A stretch of 64,000 nt of DNA from Planctomycetota bacterium (GCA_965222115.1 CBDCTJ010000007.1:1312001-1376000); one strand, 5' to 3'; shown: positions 1 to 10,380, counted from the stretch's first letter. Made by a program: numbers and translations. The notes: generated from the letters alone by a model not told the origin.

Positions 1-2
1 CC

Positions 3-941
3 TTTGATGCGAACTCGCCGCACGCGTCCATTGCAGTTACGGATGCTTCCTTTAGCCGAATCACGTTTCGCAGTGGGACGTCCGCCGACAGCGTGGATGA
101 GTTTTATTTAGGCAGCACCCTTGAATCCGTGACTCAATCCGTCAATCAAATGTCGGTCTATCGGATAGGAAACAGCCTCACGTGGGATTCCCAGCCAGAG
201 GGCATTGAAGCGATGGCTGCGCAAGCCGGATTTGTCCACGATGAGGGCTTCCACATCAACTGCGGAAACACGTTAACAAACATCGTCTCGAATCCGAGCC
301 AAGTGTGCATTTCACCCGTTGGCGAATATGGCACGTGGGATACTGCTCTGTCGGGACACAGGTGGCACGCCGTGACGATGCAGCCATTTCGTGGAGGTAC
401 GTCCACGCTTGCTTCGGATGAGGCCTCGATACTTGCGCTGATCGACGAGGCGAGCACCAATCCGTTAAATGCTGATACGGTCTACTACGTGTACGCCGCC
501 TGGCCAATGCTTCCCGACTATGCTATGAAGTGGGATGGTGTTGTCGTCGATGACGATGCAACGCCCACCGTTTTAGCCCGGCAGTATTTCGATTATCTCA
601 TGGGGCGCCTGCGTTTGTCAACCCAGTCGCGGGTCTATCTCATCCCCGTGGGCGAAGTCCTCTACGATCTAGACGCCCGATTGCGCGCAGGTGCGGTTCC
701 TGGGCTCACTCGTATTGATGATCTTTATCGCGATGGTATCCATTTGAGTCACGACTTAGGAAGATTCGTGGCTGCGTTGACGACGTACGCCACGCTGTAC
801 GCCACAGATCCGACCGGGATCATAAAGCCGGAAAGCTGGTATGGCACCACGGCAGCAGCTTACTCGCCCGAGTTCTACATGACGGTGTACGAGTCCGTAT
901 GGTCTGTCGTGTCGGGCCATGAGTTCACGGGTGTTGAGTAG
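3..941 (+). CDS. SGNH/GDSL-like hydrolase-domain protein, 5' truncated by window edge
   Basis: Frame is open from base 3; IGNSLT block-I-like motif and DGIHL (DxxH) motif. Confidence 0.65.
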   Translation, partial: FDANSPHASIAVTDASFSRITFRSGTSADSVDEFYLGSTLESVTQSVNQMSVYRIGNSLTWDSQPEGIEAMAAQAGFVHDEGFHINCGNTLTNIVSNPSQVCISPVGEYGTWDTALSGHRWHAVTMQPFRGGTSTLASDEASILALIDEASTNPLNADTVYYVYAAWPMLPDYAMKWDGVVVDDDATPTVLARQYFDYLMGRLRLSTQSRVYLIPVGEVLYDLDARLRAGAVPGLTRIDDLYRDGIHLSHDLGRFVAALTTYATLYATDPTGIIKPESWYGTTAAAYSPEFYMTVYESVWSVVSGHEFTGVE

Positions 942-1743
942 TTCTTCCTGGATCGGTCCGCGCTGGCGAGTACACATGCGCCGTCATTTGGTGGAGAACC
1001 GAGAATGAATCTCCAGTCAACGTTCGTAGTAGTGCGTCATGCTCTTTGTCAAACGCTTCAATCTGTGCGGACGGGAGTGAAGCACCAATGCCACGGCAAG
1101 CCAAGAATCGACCTCGCCAAGCGTCTCGCGTGAATGGCATGCGCCGTTCCATGACGTGATAGCACTCCAATTTCAGCGTACTGAGCGCCCAGTCAAACAT
1201 CGGAGGCAATACGCCATCGTAGTTTGCCGCGCTCCACGAAGGATTGTGCTTGAGTACGAGTTCTTCGGATGCCTGTGCAATCGCGTCGCGCTGGGGCAGC
1301 CACAAGAGGTGCGTGAGCACCAGCCGTCCGTTTGGCGCAAGAACATCCAGCACTTTTGGCAGGAGAGCATTTGCGTCGAAGTAGAGCCAGCTTTGGCCGG
1401 CGGAGACAAGATCAAAGCACCCAGGAGGGAACGCAATGTCCTCCGCCTTGCTCTCAAGGTAGTCGATCTCGAGACCCGCCTCAGCGGTGAGCGCCTTTGC
1501 CATTCGAATCTGGGCACGTGATACGTCGACGCCAGTAACGCGTGCCCCTCGAGCGGCAAAGGCGCGAGCAAGCACGCCCGTGCCTGTGCCAAGGTCAAGA
1601 ACGCGTTGGCCCGGAGTCCCAACACCGAGTGTTACGAGTCGATCAAAGAACTCGTCTGGATAGCCGGGACGGTACTTGGCGTAGGCCTCTGAGGTTCTTC
1701 CCCAGTCTATGGGTTGTCCGCCATCTATCGGGTGCCTTGTCAT
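925..1743 (-). CDS. Class I SAM-dependent methyltransferase
   Basis: YAKYRPGYP, VLDLGTGTG, FDLVSAGQSW motifs. Confidence 0.9.
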   Translation of the reverse strand: MTRHPIDGGQPIDWGRTSEAYAKYRPGYPDEFFDRLVTLGVGTPGQRVLDLGTGTGVLARAFAARGARVTGVDVSRAQIRMAKALTAEAGLEIDYLESKAEDIAFPPGCFDLVSAGQSWLYFDANALLPKVLDVLAPNGRLVLTHLLWLPQRDAIAQASEELVLKHNPSWSAANYDGVLPPMFDWALSTLKLECYHVMERRMPFTRDAWRGRFLACRGIGASLPSAQIEAFDKEHDALLRTLTGDSFSVLHQMTAHVYSPARTDPGRTTQHP

Positions 1744-1831
1744 CTAAGTGCCTGCGTTCGAGGAAGTTGCTGAATACCATGAGTCCGTGCTGGCGAGAGG
1801 GGCTGTGAATATACAACGAGTAGAATTTTCT

Positions 1832-1859
1832 TTGACAGCCGCGCACGTGAACATAGCTT
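1832..1859 (+). promoter_or_regulatory. Putative sigma70 promoter of the met operon
   Basis: TTGACA (1832-1837), 16 nt, TAGCTT, just upstream of the riboswitch. Confidence 0.5.
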
Positions 1860-1882
1860 CCCGCACTCACGTAACCAACAAC

Positions 1883-1994
1883 CCCGATTGCATCAAGAGT
1901 TCTGAGGCGCTTTGCGCCTTAGGCGGCAACCGAGTGAGCTTCGCTCGCCACGGTGCCGAGGTCATCCCAACATTTGGGACCGATGCGGGCCGGG
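1883..1994 (+). promoter_or_regulatory. SAM riboswitch (SAM-I clan, SAM-I/IV-like variant)
   Basis: P1 GCATC/GATGC, ATCAAGAG joiner, P3 GGCAACCG...CGGTGCC, P4 TCCCAA/TTGGGA; lies upstream of methionine genes. Confidence 0.85.
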
Positions 1995-2092
1995 TCGATG
2001 GGGCAGGCGCCTCGTTGATCGGGTCAAAAACGACGCTCGTCGTCGCGCACTGCCCTACCTAGTTCTTGATGTCGAGGCCAGGAGCCATCGAC

Positions 2093-3319
2093 ATGAACCA
2101 AGCACATTATCAGCCGCCGTTCCCCTCTTCCGCCCACACGATTTGTAGTCACGCGGGCATTGGGTTGAACGACGGTGAACCCCTTGTGGGCCCCATCGCC
2201 CAATCCACAACGTACTGCCGTGACGGCGTCGGAAGTGATCCGGCGCATCAGTATTCGCGGGTGTCCAATCCCAACGTGTCCGCCCTGGAGCACACGCTCG
2301 CCACACTCGAGCAAGCCGCTGAAGCCGTTTGCTTTGCCAACGGACTCGCGGCAGAAACCGCGCTGCTCCTAAGTCTCTTGAAGGCCGGCGATCATTGGAT
2401 CTGCGGTCGATCGGTGTATGGCGGTACGACGCGACTGGGCCAGCAAGTGCTTCCCGATTTCGGGATTGAGACGACCTTTGTTGACACCACCGTACCTGCC
2501 CGTGTGCGGTCCGCGCTACGCCCCAACACGAAGCTGGTGCTCATTGAGACGCCCTCCAATCCCACTCTCGAGATGAGCGACATAACGAAAATTGCACGCA
2601 TCGCGCATGAGGCCGGGGCGCTGCTCGCGGTCGACAATACGTTCCTGACGTCCGTGCTCCAACAGCCGCTTGAACTTGGAGCCGACATCTCGGTGTACTC
2701 CACGACCAAGCTCATGGAGGGACACTCGGTTGCCTTGGGAGGCGCAGTCGTATGCAACTGTGGAGGCCTTGCGGATCGTCTGCGATTTATACGCAAGTGT
2801 ACCGGTTCCATACTTTCGCCATTCAACGCATGGCTCACCGCGAACGGCATCAAAACGCTACCGGTGCGCATTGCGCGGCAATCTGCGTCGGCGCGCGAGA
2901 TTGCTATTGCCCTCAGTGAACAAGAAGGCGTGCGACGCGTCTGCTATCCAACCCTGTATACGGGGGAGACGTTCGACATTGCCTTGCGGCAGCACCGCGG
3001 CGCCCATGGTGCCGTTGTGAGCTTCGAGCTGCAAGGCGGTGCGTCGGCGGCGAGGTTGTTTGCGCGGGCACTCTCTTCCATTCGACTGGTGGAGCACGTG
3101 GGATCGGTGGAGACGCTCCTAACTCACCCGGCTTCCATGACGCACGGCGACGTGCCGCAAAACGAACGCCTGGCCGCTGGCGTTTCCGATGGACTCCTAA
3201 GGCTCTCGGTTGGGCTTGAAGATCCCAGCGCGATTCTGCTTGACTTGACCCGTGGACTCCAGGCGACAGGCGTGGCCGGACAGTCAGCGTCCTGTGAGGA
3301 GGCATCCTCATGCGTGTAG
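2093..3319 (+). CDS. metB: Cystathionine gamma-synthase / trans-sulfuration PLP enzyme
   Basis: YSRVSNP, ETPSNP, VDNTF, YSTTK (PLP Lys), LRLSVGLED; AGGAG at 2080-2084 before ATG 2093. Confidence 0.8.
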   Translation: MNQAHYQPPFPSSAHTICSHAGIGLNDGEPLVGPIAQSTTYCRDGVGSDPAHQYSRVSNPNVSALEHTLATLEQAAEAVCFANGLAAETALLLSLLKAGDHWICGRSVYGGTTRLGQQVLPDFGIETTFVDTTVPARVRSALRPNTKLVLIETPSNPTLEMSDITKIARIAHEAGALLAVDNTFLTSVLQQPLELGADISVYSTTKLMEGHSVALGGAVVCNCGGLADRLRFIRKCTGSILSPFNAWLTANGIKTLPVRIARQSASAREIAIALSEQEGVRRVCYPTLYTGETFDIALRQHRGAHGAVVSFELQGGASAARLFARALSSIRLVEHVGSVETLLTHPASMTHGDVPQNERLAAGVSDGLLRLSVGLEDPSAILLDLTRGLQATGVAGQSASCEEASSCV

Positions 3320-5037
3320 TACCAACCATTGTTCTGAAATTCGGTGGATCGGTGCTTGGCGATGAACTGCACATGCGCTCCGCCGTTCATGAGATCTACC
3401 GCTGGCGTCGCCGCGGATTGCATGTAGTGGCTGTTGTTTCCGCACTGGCAGGCAGAACGGATGAGTTACTTGCCAAGTGCGCGCGGCTCTACCGACGTCG
3501 TTCGCCAGAGACGGAGGCGGTGGTCGCGGCTACCGGGGAATTTGAGAGTGCGGCGCTCTTGGGTCTTCATCTGAATCGTGCTGGCCTCTCGGCAACGGTG
3601 CTAACGCCAGCGTCAATCGGCTTTCGTGCAACCGGCTCGGCGCTTAATGCCTCGCCCGTCGAGCTGGATCGAGAGAAGATTGTTCGCGCGCTCAATCGGT
3701 CGGGTGTCGTTGTGCTACCCGGCTATGTGGCTATGGGTTCGATGGGTGAAACGGTTGTATTGGGGCGAGGTGGCTCCGACCTCACAGCGCTCTATGTGGC
3801 CCATGCACTCGACGACTGTCGCTGTCGCCTCATCAAAGATGTTCAGGGCCTCTACGACCGAGATCCCGACAGGGAGGGAGCACGCGCGAATCTCTATGAA
3901 CTCGCCACCTACGAAGACGCGCTTGCCACCGACGGATCGATTCTCCAGCACAAAGCCGTCAGATTTGCCCGTGACGTCGGGCTGTCGTTTGAAGTGAGTC
4001 GCCTTGGTGGGCGGGCGCATTCCACGATTGGGAGTTTTAAGACACGATTTCGAACGACTCTGGAGCAGTCGCGTCCGTTGCGCGTTGCGCTACTTGGCCA
4101 TGGCACGGTGGGTGCTGGCGTTTTCAATCTACTTCAGCAACAGCGTTCGAGATTCGAGATCGTTTGCGTGACGGTTCGTGCGCCGAGCAAGCACGGCGCG
4201 CTCGCCAATATGGGTGTGCGCATCCATACCGATGCCAATCGAGCCGTTATGGAAGACATCGATGTAGTCATCGAGGTCATGGGCGGCACATCAGTGGCTT
4301 GCTACGCTGTTGAAGCTGCGCTGAAACGAGGCGTGCACGTGGTTACGGCCAACAAAGCGCTGCTTGCGGAGCATGGGGATACTCTTGCAGCGCTCGCACG
4401 AACCCATGGCGCTTCGTTGCTTGCTTCCGCGTCGGTGGGGGCCTCCGCCACCGTTCTTGAAGCGCTCGACTGGAACCCGAGCGCCAAGGTTAAATCGGTG
4501 CGCGCCGTACTCAATGGAACGGCCAACTACGTACTAAACGCCGTGGCTCGCGGGGTCCCGTTCGACGCATCGGTGTCCAAAGCGCAGGCGCTTGGCTTTG
4601 CCGAGTTGGATCCTTCGCGCGACTTGGACGGACTAGATGCGGCCGACAAACTCCGCGTCCTTGCACGTGCGCTTCATCTCGACGTGCCGACGGTTGTTTC
4701 CATCCCCCGCGATCCGTTGTGTGACGGCCTAGCCAGCGCATGCGCGTTGGAGCAGACGTTGCGCCAAGTTGCAACGCTTGAGCGCAGGGGAACCAAGGCG
4801 CACTGTGCGGTGAGGATCGAACCCGTTACCTCCGATGATCCCCTCGCGTGTCTTGCGGATGAGGAAAATGCGGCCGTGATCACTTGGAATGACGGCACAC
4901 GTCGCATCGTGCGAGGTGCAGGGGCTGGACGTTGGCCCACGGCGGAATCGGTCGTGGGTGATCTGATGGATCTTGCGAGACAGCGCGGCGCAGACTTGCA
5001 TGAGGAAGTTGCGTTGCGTCTGCCTCTGGTGGTCTAG
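3310..5037 (+). CDS. Bifunctional aspartate kinase / homoserine dehydrogenase (MetL-like, no ACT domains)
   Basis: KFGGS, VVSA, LGRGGSD (kinase); GHGTVG, VVTANK, LNGTANY, GAGAG (dehydrogenase); overlaps metB end. Confidence 0.88.
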   Translation: MRVVPTIVLKFGGSVLGDELHMRSAVHEIYRWRRRGLHVVAVVSALAGRTDELLAKCARLYRRRSPETEAVVAATGEFESAALLGLHLNRAGLSATVLTPASIGFRATGSALNASPVELDREKIVRALNRSGVVVLPGYVAMGSMGETVVLGRGGSDLTALYVAHALDDCRCRLIKDVQGLYDRDPDREGARANLYELATYEDALATDGSILQHKAVRFARDVGLSFEVSRLGGRAHSTIGSFKTRFRTTLEQSRPLRVALLGHGTVGAGVFNLLQQQRSRFEIVCVTVRAPSKHGALANMGVRIHTDANRAVMEDIDVVIEVMGGTSVACYAVEAALKRGVHVVTANKALLAEHGDTLAALARTHGASLLASASVGASATVLEALDWNPSAKVKSVRAVLNGTANYVLNAVARGVPFDASVSKAQALGFAELDPSRDLDGLDAADKLRVLARALHLDVPTVVSIPRDPLCDGLASACALEQTLRQVATLERRGTKAHCAVRIEPVTSDDPLACLADEENAAVITWNDGTRRIVRGAGAGRWPTAESVVGDLMDLARQRGADLHEEVALRLPLVV

Positions 5038-5232
5038 CAAGCGACCGTACTCAATGTAGGGTTCTTTGAGTTCTTACTCTGCTCGAAGGGTCGGACAAGT
5101 ACAGAAACGCAAATGGAATAGAGATGACTGATAAGCACGCCAACCAGAACACGAACCAGTTACCTTGAAACTCATATCGAGTGATATTGCCCATGTGGAA
5201 CGCCCTAGCTCGGATTGTTCATGAAGCGCATG

Positions 5233-5739
5233 CTAGTTGAGTCCGACTAGTTTCTTCCAGCGCTTAAGGATCTTGGCGCAGGTTCGATAGTGGCTCGCGG
5301 TGTTCATGCCGAGATAGCTCGCGAGAGGCTTCTTCTTGGTCCACGCGTAGTGGCCGGGCGTAAGCAACTGTTTGGTGCTCATCTTCTGGGCGAGGCCGAG
5401 AATTTCCTCATAGGACGCGTCAAACGCTCGTCGAACGGAGACTTTGGATCGCTTCGCAAACTTGGCCTGCAAGTCGCGATTGAGGCGGGGCGTTTCGTTC
5501 CACTTGTATCCCGGTGCCGGCATGGCAGGCGATTCGCCAGATGTGCCCTCCCGATGCCAGCGCAAGAAGAGCTGCTCCCAGGCGGTTACGTGAGCAATGA
5601 GATCGTGAACGGTCCAGTCATCGCCCCAAACACCCGGTTCCTTGTGTCGCTTTGCGAGGATGCTGTCGATCAACTCGACGAGTTCGCCGTGGTGGCGCTC
5701 GATCGCGGCAATGAGTTCCTTTTTGCTGGTGTATTTCAC
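5233..5739 (-). CDS. ClbS/DfsB (DinB-like) four-helix bundle protein
   Basis: WTVHDLIAHVTAWEQL, PAPGYKWNE, NTASHY pattern. Confidence 0.8.
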   Translation of the reverse strand: MKYTSKKELIAAIERHHGELVELIDSILAKRHKEPGVWGDDWTVHDLIAHVTAWEQLFLRWHREGTSGESPAMPAPGYKWNETPRLNRDLQAKFAKRSKVSVRRAFDASYEEILGLAQKMSTKQLLTPGHYAWTKKKPLASYLGMNTASHYRTCAKILKRWKKLVGLN

Positions 5740-5877
5740 GATCGAATTCGTCTCCCTTCGAAAACATGGCGACCAGACAGGGTGAGTCGTTTAGGCGAAA
5801 TCCGGGCCATTCGCGTTCGCTCGAAGCTTGTCTGCTCAACGCCGCTCATCTTGAAGTACGATCAGAACGGGTGCCCC

Positions 5878-6396
5878 ATGAAAGCAGCAACATTTTGGAA
5901 AACCGTCACGATGGATGGTTCAGATTTGCTCGGCAAGCTCGTCGAACTCCTTGAACGCAAGAAGATCCGATATTGCGTGATTGGCGGGCAGGGCGTGAAC
6001 GCGTACGTCGAGCCTCTGGTCAGTCTTGACCTAGATTTCGTCGTAGCGGCCGAGCAGCTCGAATCCTTTTCGGAGGATCTCGCGTCGTTCGGTGTGGAGA
6101 CATTCGCACATAGCATCATTCTCTCGCTTAAGGGCTCAGACCTCCGTGCACAAATACAAACCGACCCCAGATATGCGCCGTTCGTAGATCGGGCGGAAGT
6201 TCGCAGCGTTCTGGGAATGCCCATGCGCGTGGCGCGAATCGAAGACGTTCTTCAGGGCAAGGTCTGGGCCGCATTGGACGACACGCGCCGCAAGAGCAAA
6301 CGTCTGAAAGACTTCGCGGACATCGCGAGGATCATTGAGAGTTTTCCGAAGCTTGAGTCGATCGTGCCAGACTCGATTCGCAAACGGTTAATCTGA
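5878..6396 (+). CDS. Small nucleotidyltransferase-fold protein
   Basis: VIGGQGVNAY...SLDLDF and C-terminal KDFADI; upstream part of the listed ORF is antisense to the ClbS gene. Confidence 0.7.
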   Translation: MKAATFWKTVTMDGSDLLGKLVELLERKKIRYCVIGGQGVNAYVEPLVSLDLDFVVAAEQLESFSEDLASFGVETFAHSIILSLKGSDLRAQIQTDPRYAPFVDRAEVRSVLGMPMRVARIEDVLQGKVWAALDDTRRKSKRLKDFADIARIIESFPKLESIVPDSIRKRLI

Positions 6397-6425
6397 GCGG
6401 AAATTCGCGCTGTGTGAGTTCGTCG

Positions 6426-6971
6426 ATGAACACTTGGATCGCGCTACTCCGTGGCATCAATGTAGGTGGGAAGAACAAGGTCAAGATGGCCGCGCTACGC
6501 GATGCGCTTGAGTCAATCGGGCTCAAGAACGTGCGCACCTACATTCAGAGCGGCAACATCGTGTTTGAGTCGCGTACAACATCGTCGTCACGATTGAGCG
6601 CGAAGATCGTTGCCTGCATCGACGAAGAGTTCGGGTTTCGGCCGTGTGTGTTTGTCCTGGGTAGTGAAGCTCTACGCTTGACGATCGAAAGGAATCCGTT
6701 TCCCGATGCAGTGAGCGACTCCAAGACGCTTCATTTGGGTTTCCTGGCGTCGCCCGCGAAAGACGCGGACCTTGAGTCCATCGCGAACGCTAAGGCTGCC
6801 AGTGAGTCGTATCTGCTGGATGACGGTGTGTTCTATCTCTTGGCACCCGGCGGCATCGCGCGGTCCAAGCTGGCTGCGGGCCTCGAACGCTGGCTTGGTG
6901 TGGCGATGACCTCGAGAAACTACCGAACGGTCATGAAGTTGGCGGCAATGACTAAGCACCCTCTCGACTAG
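6426..6971 (+). CDS. DUF1697 family protein
   Basis: IALLRGINVGG, VRTYIQSGN, TSRN motifs. Confidence 0.9.
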   Translation: MNTWIALLRGINVGGKNKVKMAALRDALESIGLKNVRTYIQSGNIVFESRTTSSSRLSAKIVACIDEEFGFRPCVFVLGSEALRLTIERNPFPDAVSDSKTLHLGFLASPAKDADLESIANAKAASESYLLDDGVFYLLAPGGIARSKLAAGLERWLGVAMTSRNYRTVMKLAAMTKHPLD

Positions 6972-7035
6972 TGGCGCGAACGCTGCCACTATGGCTTGGA
7001 CGATTTCGTGGGGTCTCGACAATTGGAGGCTTGAA

Positions 7036-8463
7036 ATGAACACGTCCATACGCCCTTGGTTTGCACCCGTGTTGATGCTTGCCATGTGGTTTCCTGGCAC
7101 TGCACTGGCCAAGGAGGCGCCCGACCATTGGAATCTTGGATCCGTTGGTGTGTCGATCGACCTTGTGAAGGATCGCGTGGTGGTTACGGCTGTACATGAA
7201 GACACACCTGCGGAGGGGAAACTCGAGAAAGGCGATGTCATCGTGGGTATGGGTGATAGTGAACTTGGCAAAGATCCCATCGATTCACTTGGGCGCGCGC
7301 TTGATGCTGCCGAAAAGTCGGGCTCATGCGTTCTCAAGATCGAGCGGGCTGGGACGACGAAAGAAGTCAAGCTAAAGTTGCCCAAACTCGGGGCATACAC
7401 TGGTGCGTTTAGTGCGAAGAACAGCAAGGTCAAGAAGCACCTGAAGGCCGCATGTGAGTATGTGATTGACCAGCAACAGGGTGGAGGAGTTTGGCATAAG
7501 TATCGCGACGGGAAGCCGCATCGAGGCGATGGAATCACGACGGCGACGGTGATGAGTGCGTTGGGTTTGATGGCGGTTGACGCGAAGAAGTACAAGAAAG
7601 CAATCAAAGCGGCTACGAGCTTCGCCATGACTCAGGTGCGACCCGATGAAATGGGTCCGAACGCCACATCGGGGCTTCATCGCAACTGGCCTGTGGCTCT
7701 GACTGCGCTCTTTCTCGCAGAGCGATACGGTCAAGCAGGCGACAAGGTGGTTCGCAAGCGGCTTGTTGCCATGCTCGATCGACTTGCCAAGAACCAAGAG
7801 CCCACGGGCGGGTGGTCACATTTCCCCGGCTTTAGTGAGGGCCCGAGCTACAAGTCGCTTTCGTCGCTCACTGCACTGGCGTTGATCGCACAAGGCGTTG
7901 CCGTCAAGACGGGTATCGATGTCCATGCAGAGTCGATCAAGAAGGGCCTCGACTATCTCGAGGCGTGCATTGACGATTCCGGGGCGATGGCGTACTCGAA
8001 GGTAAACGGTGCCACCGGTCCGCAGTGCACGGGTCGTGCGTTCGGCGCCATGGCGGCGTTTCTCATGCACGGTCGAGAGAGCGAAGCGACGAAGCGACTT
8101 CAGAAGTATGTACTGGCACACATTCCAGACCTGCTCGAATCGCATCCTGCGCCCTTGATGGCCGTGCTGTTTGGATCCGTATTGGCGGGCCAATGGCAGA
8201 AATCGCCCGATAAGGCGCTTGCCGGCTTTGGAGACCAGCTTCGCGATGCATTGATTCCCTTCGTAACGCTCGCGCGCCATCCAGAGGGCTACTTCATGGC
8301 CCAGCCATCGCCTGAAACGCGTCGCGTGTCTACATCGCAAGGCAAGCCCAATGCCGATCGCTCGGTCCACGATCCGTACTGGTCCAACGCAATCATCGTT
8401 ATGTTGCTCGCTTCCACGTCACCAAAGCTCATTTGTTTGGGTGCGAAGGCGAAGCGGCGGTAG
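7036..8463 (+). CDS. Exported PDZ + prenyltransferase-like (alpha/alpha) barrel protein (DUF6288-like)
   Basis: GGAGG RBS, signal peptide, WNLGSVG, PAEGKLEKGDVIVG PDZ, QxxxGGW repeats. Confidence 0.7.
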   Translation: MNTSIRPWFAPVLMLAMWFPGTALAKEAPDHWNLGSVGVSIDLVKDRVVVTAVHEDTPAEGKLEKGDVIVGMGDSELGKDPIDSLGRALDAAEKSGSCVLKIERAGTTKEVKLKLPKLGAYTGAFSAKNSKVKKHLKAACEYVIDQQQGGGVWHKYRDGKPHRGDGITTATVMSALGLMAVDAKKYKKAIKAATSFAMTQVRPDEMGPNATSGLHRNWPVALTALFLAERYGQAGDKVVRKRLVAMLDRLAKNQEPTGGWSHFPGFSEGPSYKSLSSLTALALIAQGVAVKTGIDVHAESIKKGLDYLEACIDDSGAMAYSKVNGATGPQCTGRAFGAMAAFLMHGRESEATKRLQKYVLAHIPDLLESHPAPLMAVLFGSVLAGQWQKSPDKALAGFGDQLRDALIPFVTLARHPEGYFMAQPSPETRRVSTSQGKPNADRSVHDPYWSNAIIVMLLASTSPKLICLGAKAKRR

Positions 8464-8522
8464 CAGTATCGTCTTCGTACGTCGTCTTCGGAGGAGTACG
8501 TCGGCATTCGCGGTAGGCAACC

Positions 8523-9903
8523 ATGAATATCCTTTCGATTCACGACGCTGCGCAGTGCAGTGACCTTGAAAAGCTCGCGCGCCATCTCGATGCGAATGGG
8601 CCACTCGACGGGAGTCCACGTGCGTGAATCAGCATTGAGTTCCCTTTCCCATCACGGCAACTTTGTGGAGATTGAGCGGTTGCTGAAGGCTGGGGCGAAC
8701 CCGGAACCGCTGGGATGGACGCAGTTGCATCATGCGGTCGCATTGGGGACGCTCTACGCCGTGAAGGCAAGCGCGGCCGGTGGACTCGACTTGGAGGCGC
8801 GTGACGGTTGGGAACGCACACCATTTCTCCTGGCGGTTCATACCGGCGATATCGCCAAGGCATCACACTTGCTAGACAGCGGCGCAAGCAGACACGTTAC
8901 CGGGCATTACGGCAAGCCCGCCTTGATGTATCCACTCCATCACGACAACGTTGAGATGTTGACATGGCTCATCGAGCATGGCTTTGATATCGACGCGTGC
9001 GATGGTTCTGGCACAACGGCCTTGCTCGAGGCTGCCGAGCTGGGTGCCGTTGACTGCTTTCACGCATTGTTGGATGCCGGTGCTGATGATGCGCTTACAG
9101 ACTCCGCCCAGAGCACACTAATTGGTAACGCGTCACATCCTGAGATCATTGCGACGCTCCTGGCTCGTGGCGAGAACCCGGCCAAACTCGATACAGATGT
9201 GCTACGTGACTACATAGGCCTGGGTACCGAGGATCAGATAACGGTGACAGAGTCGGCGTACCGCGCGGGGCGTGAGCGCACATTTGGAAGGCGCAACCCG
9301 CAGCCCATAGACAATCCGTTTTGGATAGGCATGGTGCGTTGTGGTTGGTCGGCGTACAGGGCCGACGATCACTTCGATAACCGCTCATACGATTCGTACC
9401 CGACCTGGTGTCATGATCGATTTGGTATGTCGCTCACTCCGCTACCTGACGGTCGTTTCGTGCAAATTGCCGGTGAGCATGAGGATTTCTACCACTCGGA
9501 TTTTTGCATCTACAACGATGTGATCGTTCACGATGGGAAGGGTGGCTTCCAGATCTACGGCTACCCTCGCGAGGTCTTCCCACCAATCGACTTTCATACG
9601 GCCACATTGGTTGGTGAGTGGATCTACATTATTGGGAGTCTCGGCTATATTGATGAGCGCGGCTCGAGAACGCCGGTCTACCGTCTAAACGTCAACAATT
9701 TTGTGATTGAGCGTGTTGTTACGTCGGGCGAAGACCCCGGTTGGATATCTAGGCACAAGGCCACGCTCGTTGAAGACCGCATTGAGGTAACGGGCGGCAA
9801 GCGCTACTTGCCGGCACGATCAGGCGGTAGCCGTAACTATGTCGATCGCAGTGAGACCCATGTATTTGATGTTGCCCAAAACCGATGGATTCGCCCGGCT
9901 TAG
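8523..9903 (+). pseudogene. Ankyrin-repeat protein with kelch-like C-terminal domain, apparent frameshift near 8600-8625
   Basis: ATG 8523 frame gives IHDAAQCSDLEKLARHL then TGA 8625; +1 frame continues with ankyrin repeats (GWTQLHHAV, RTPFLLAV) and AGEHEDFYHSDFCIYNDV. Confidence 0.6.
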
Positions 9904-10265
9904 TCTGACTGACTTAAGATCTGGAAGTGGTCCGACGTCAATCGCCAATCGCCTTCATTTGTGCGAATCCAGTCTTCGCGAACAATGACGCCGCTTGCCT
10001 TGTTCATGGACCACGGCGACGAGAGTATCGCCTTGTCATTCCCGATCATTTCGATCTTTCGGTCGAGGTACTTGACGTCTGTGAAGCCGCCTTTGATGAG
10101 GTTTGCCCAGAAGGCCTCAATGGCTTCTACGCCTTGAATGGGGTCAAAGGGCTCTGCATGGAGGTAGGCATCGAGCATGTAGTGTGACGCGCAGCCGGCG
10201 GCATCGCCTCGATTGAACGCTGCTGCCCACGAGTCGGTCACGGCGATAATTTCTTCAAAAGACAT
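9900..10265 (-). CDS. NTF2/SnoaL-like (DUF4440-type) protein
   Basis: WAAAFNRGDA, IQGVEAIEAFW, GDWRLTSDH. Confidence 0.8.
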   Translation of the reverse strand: MSFEEIIAVTDSWAAAFNRGDAAGCASHYMLDAYLHAEPFDPIQGVEAIEAFWANLIKGGFTDVKYLDRKIEMIGNDKAILSSPWSMNKASGVIVREDWIRTNEGDWRLTSDHFQILSQSD

Positions 10266-10380
10266 GGTGTCTCCAACAATGCGGGTGTGCGCAGACGTGC
10301 GCCTGCGTTGACGTACTCCCGTACAGTACGTCGATCACGCGCATTCGCGAGATGGCAATTGCGCCAAAGATGGGATCGTT

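Noticed and set aside
1748-2062. 104-aa ORF upstream of metB
   Set aside because: Overlaps promoter and riboswitch; no protein features
5290-5877. N-terminal half of the 368-aa ORF
   Set aside because: Antisense shadow of the ClbS-like gene; real start likely ATG 5878
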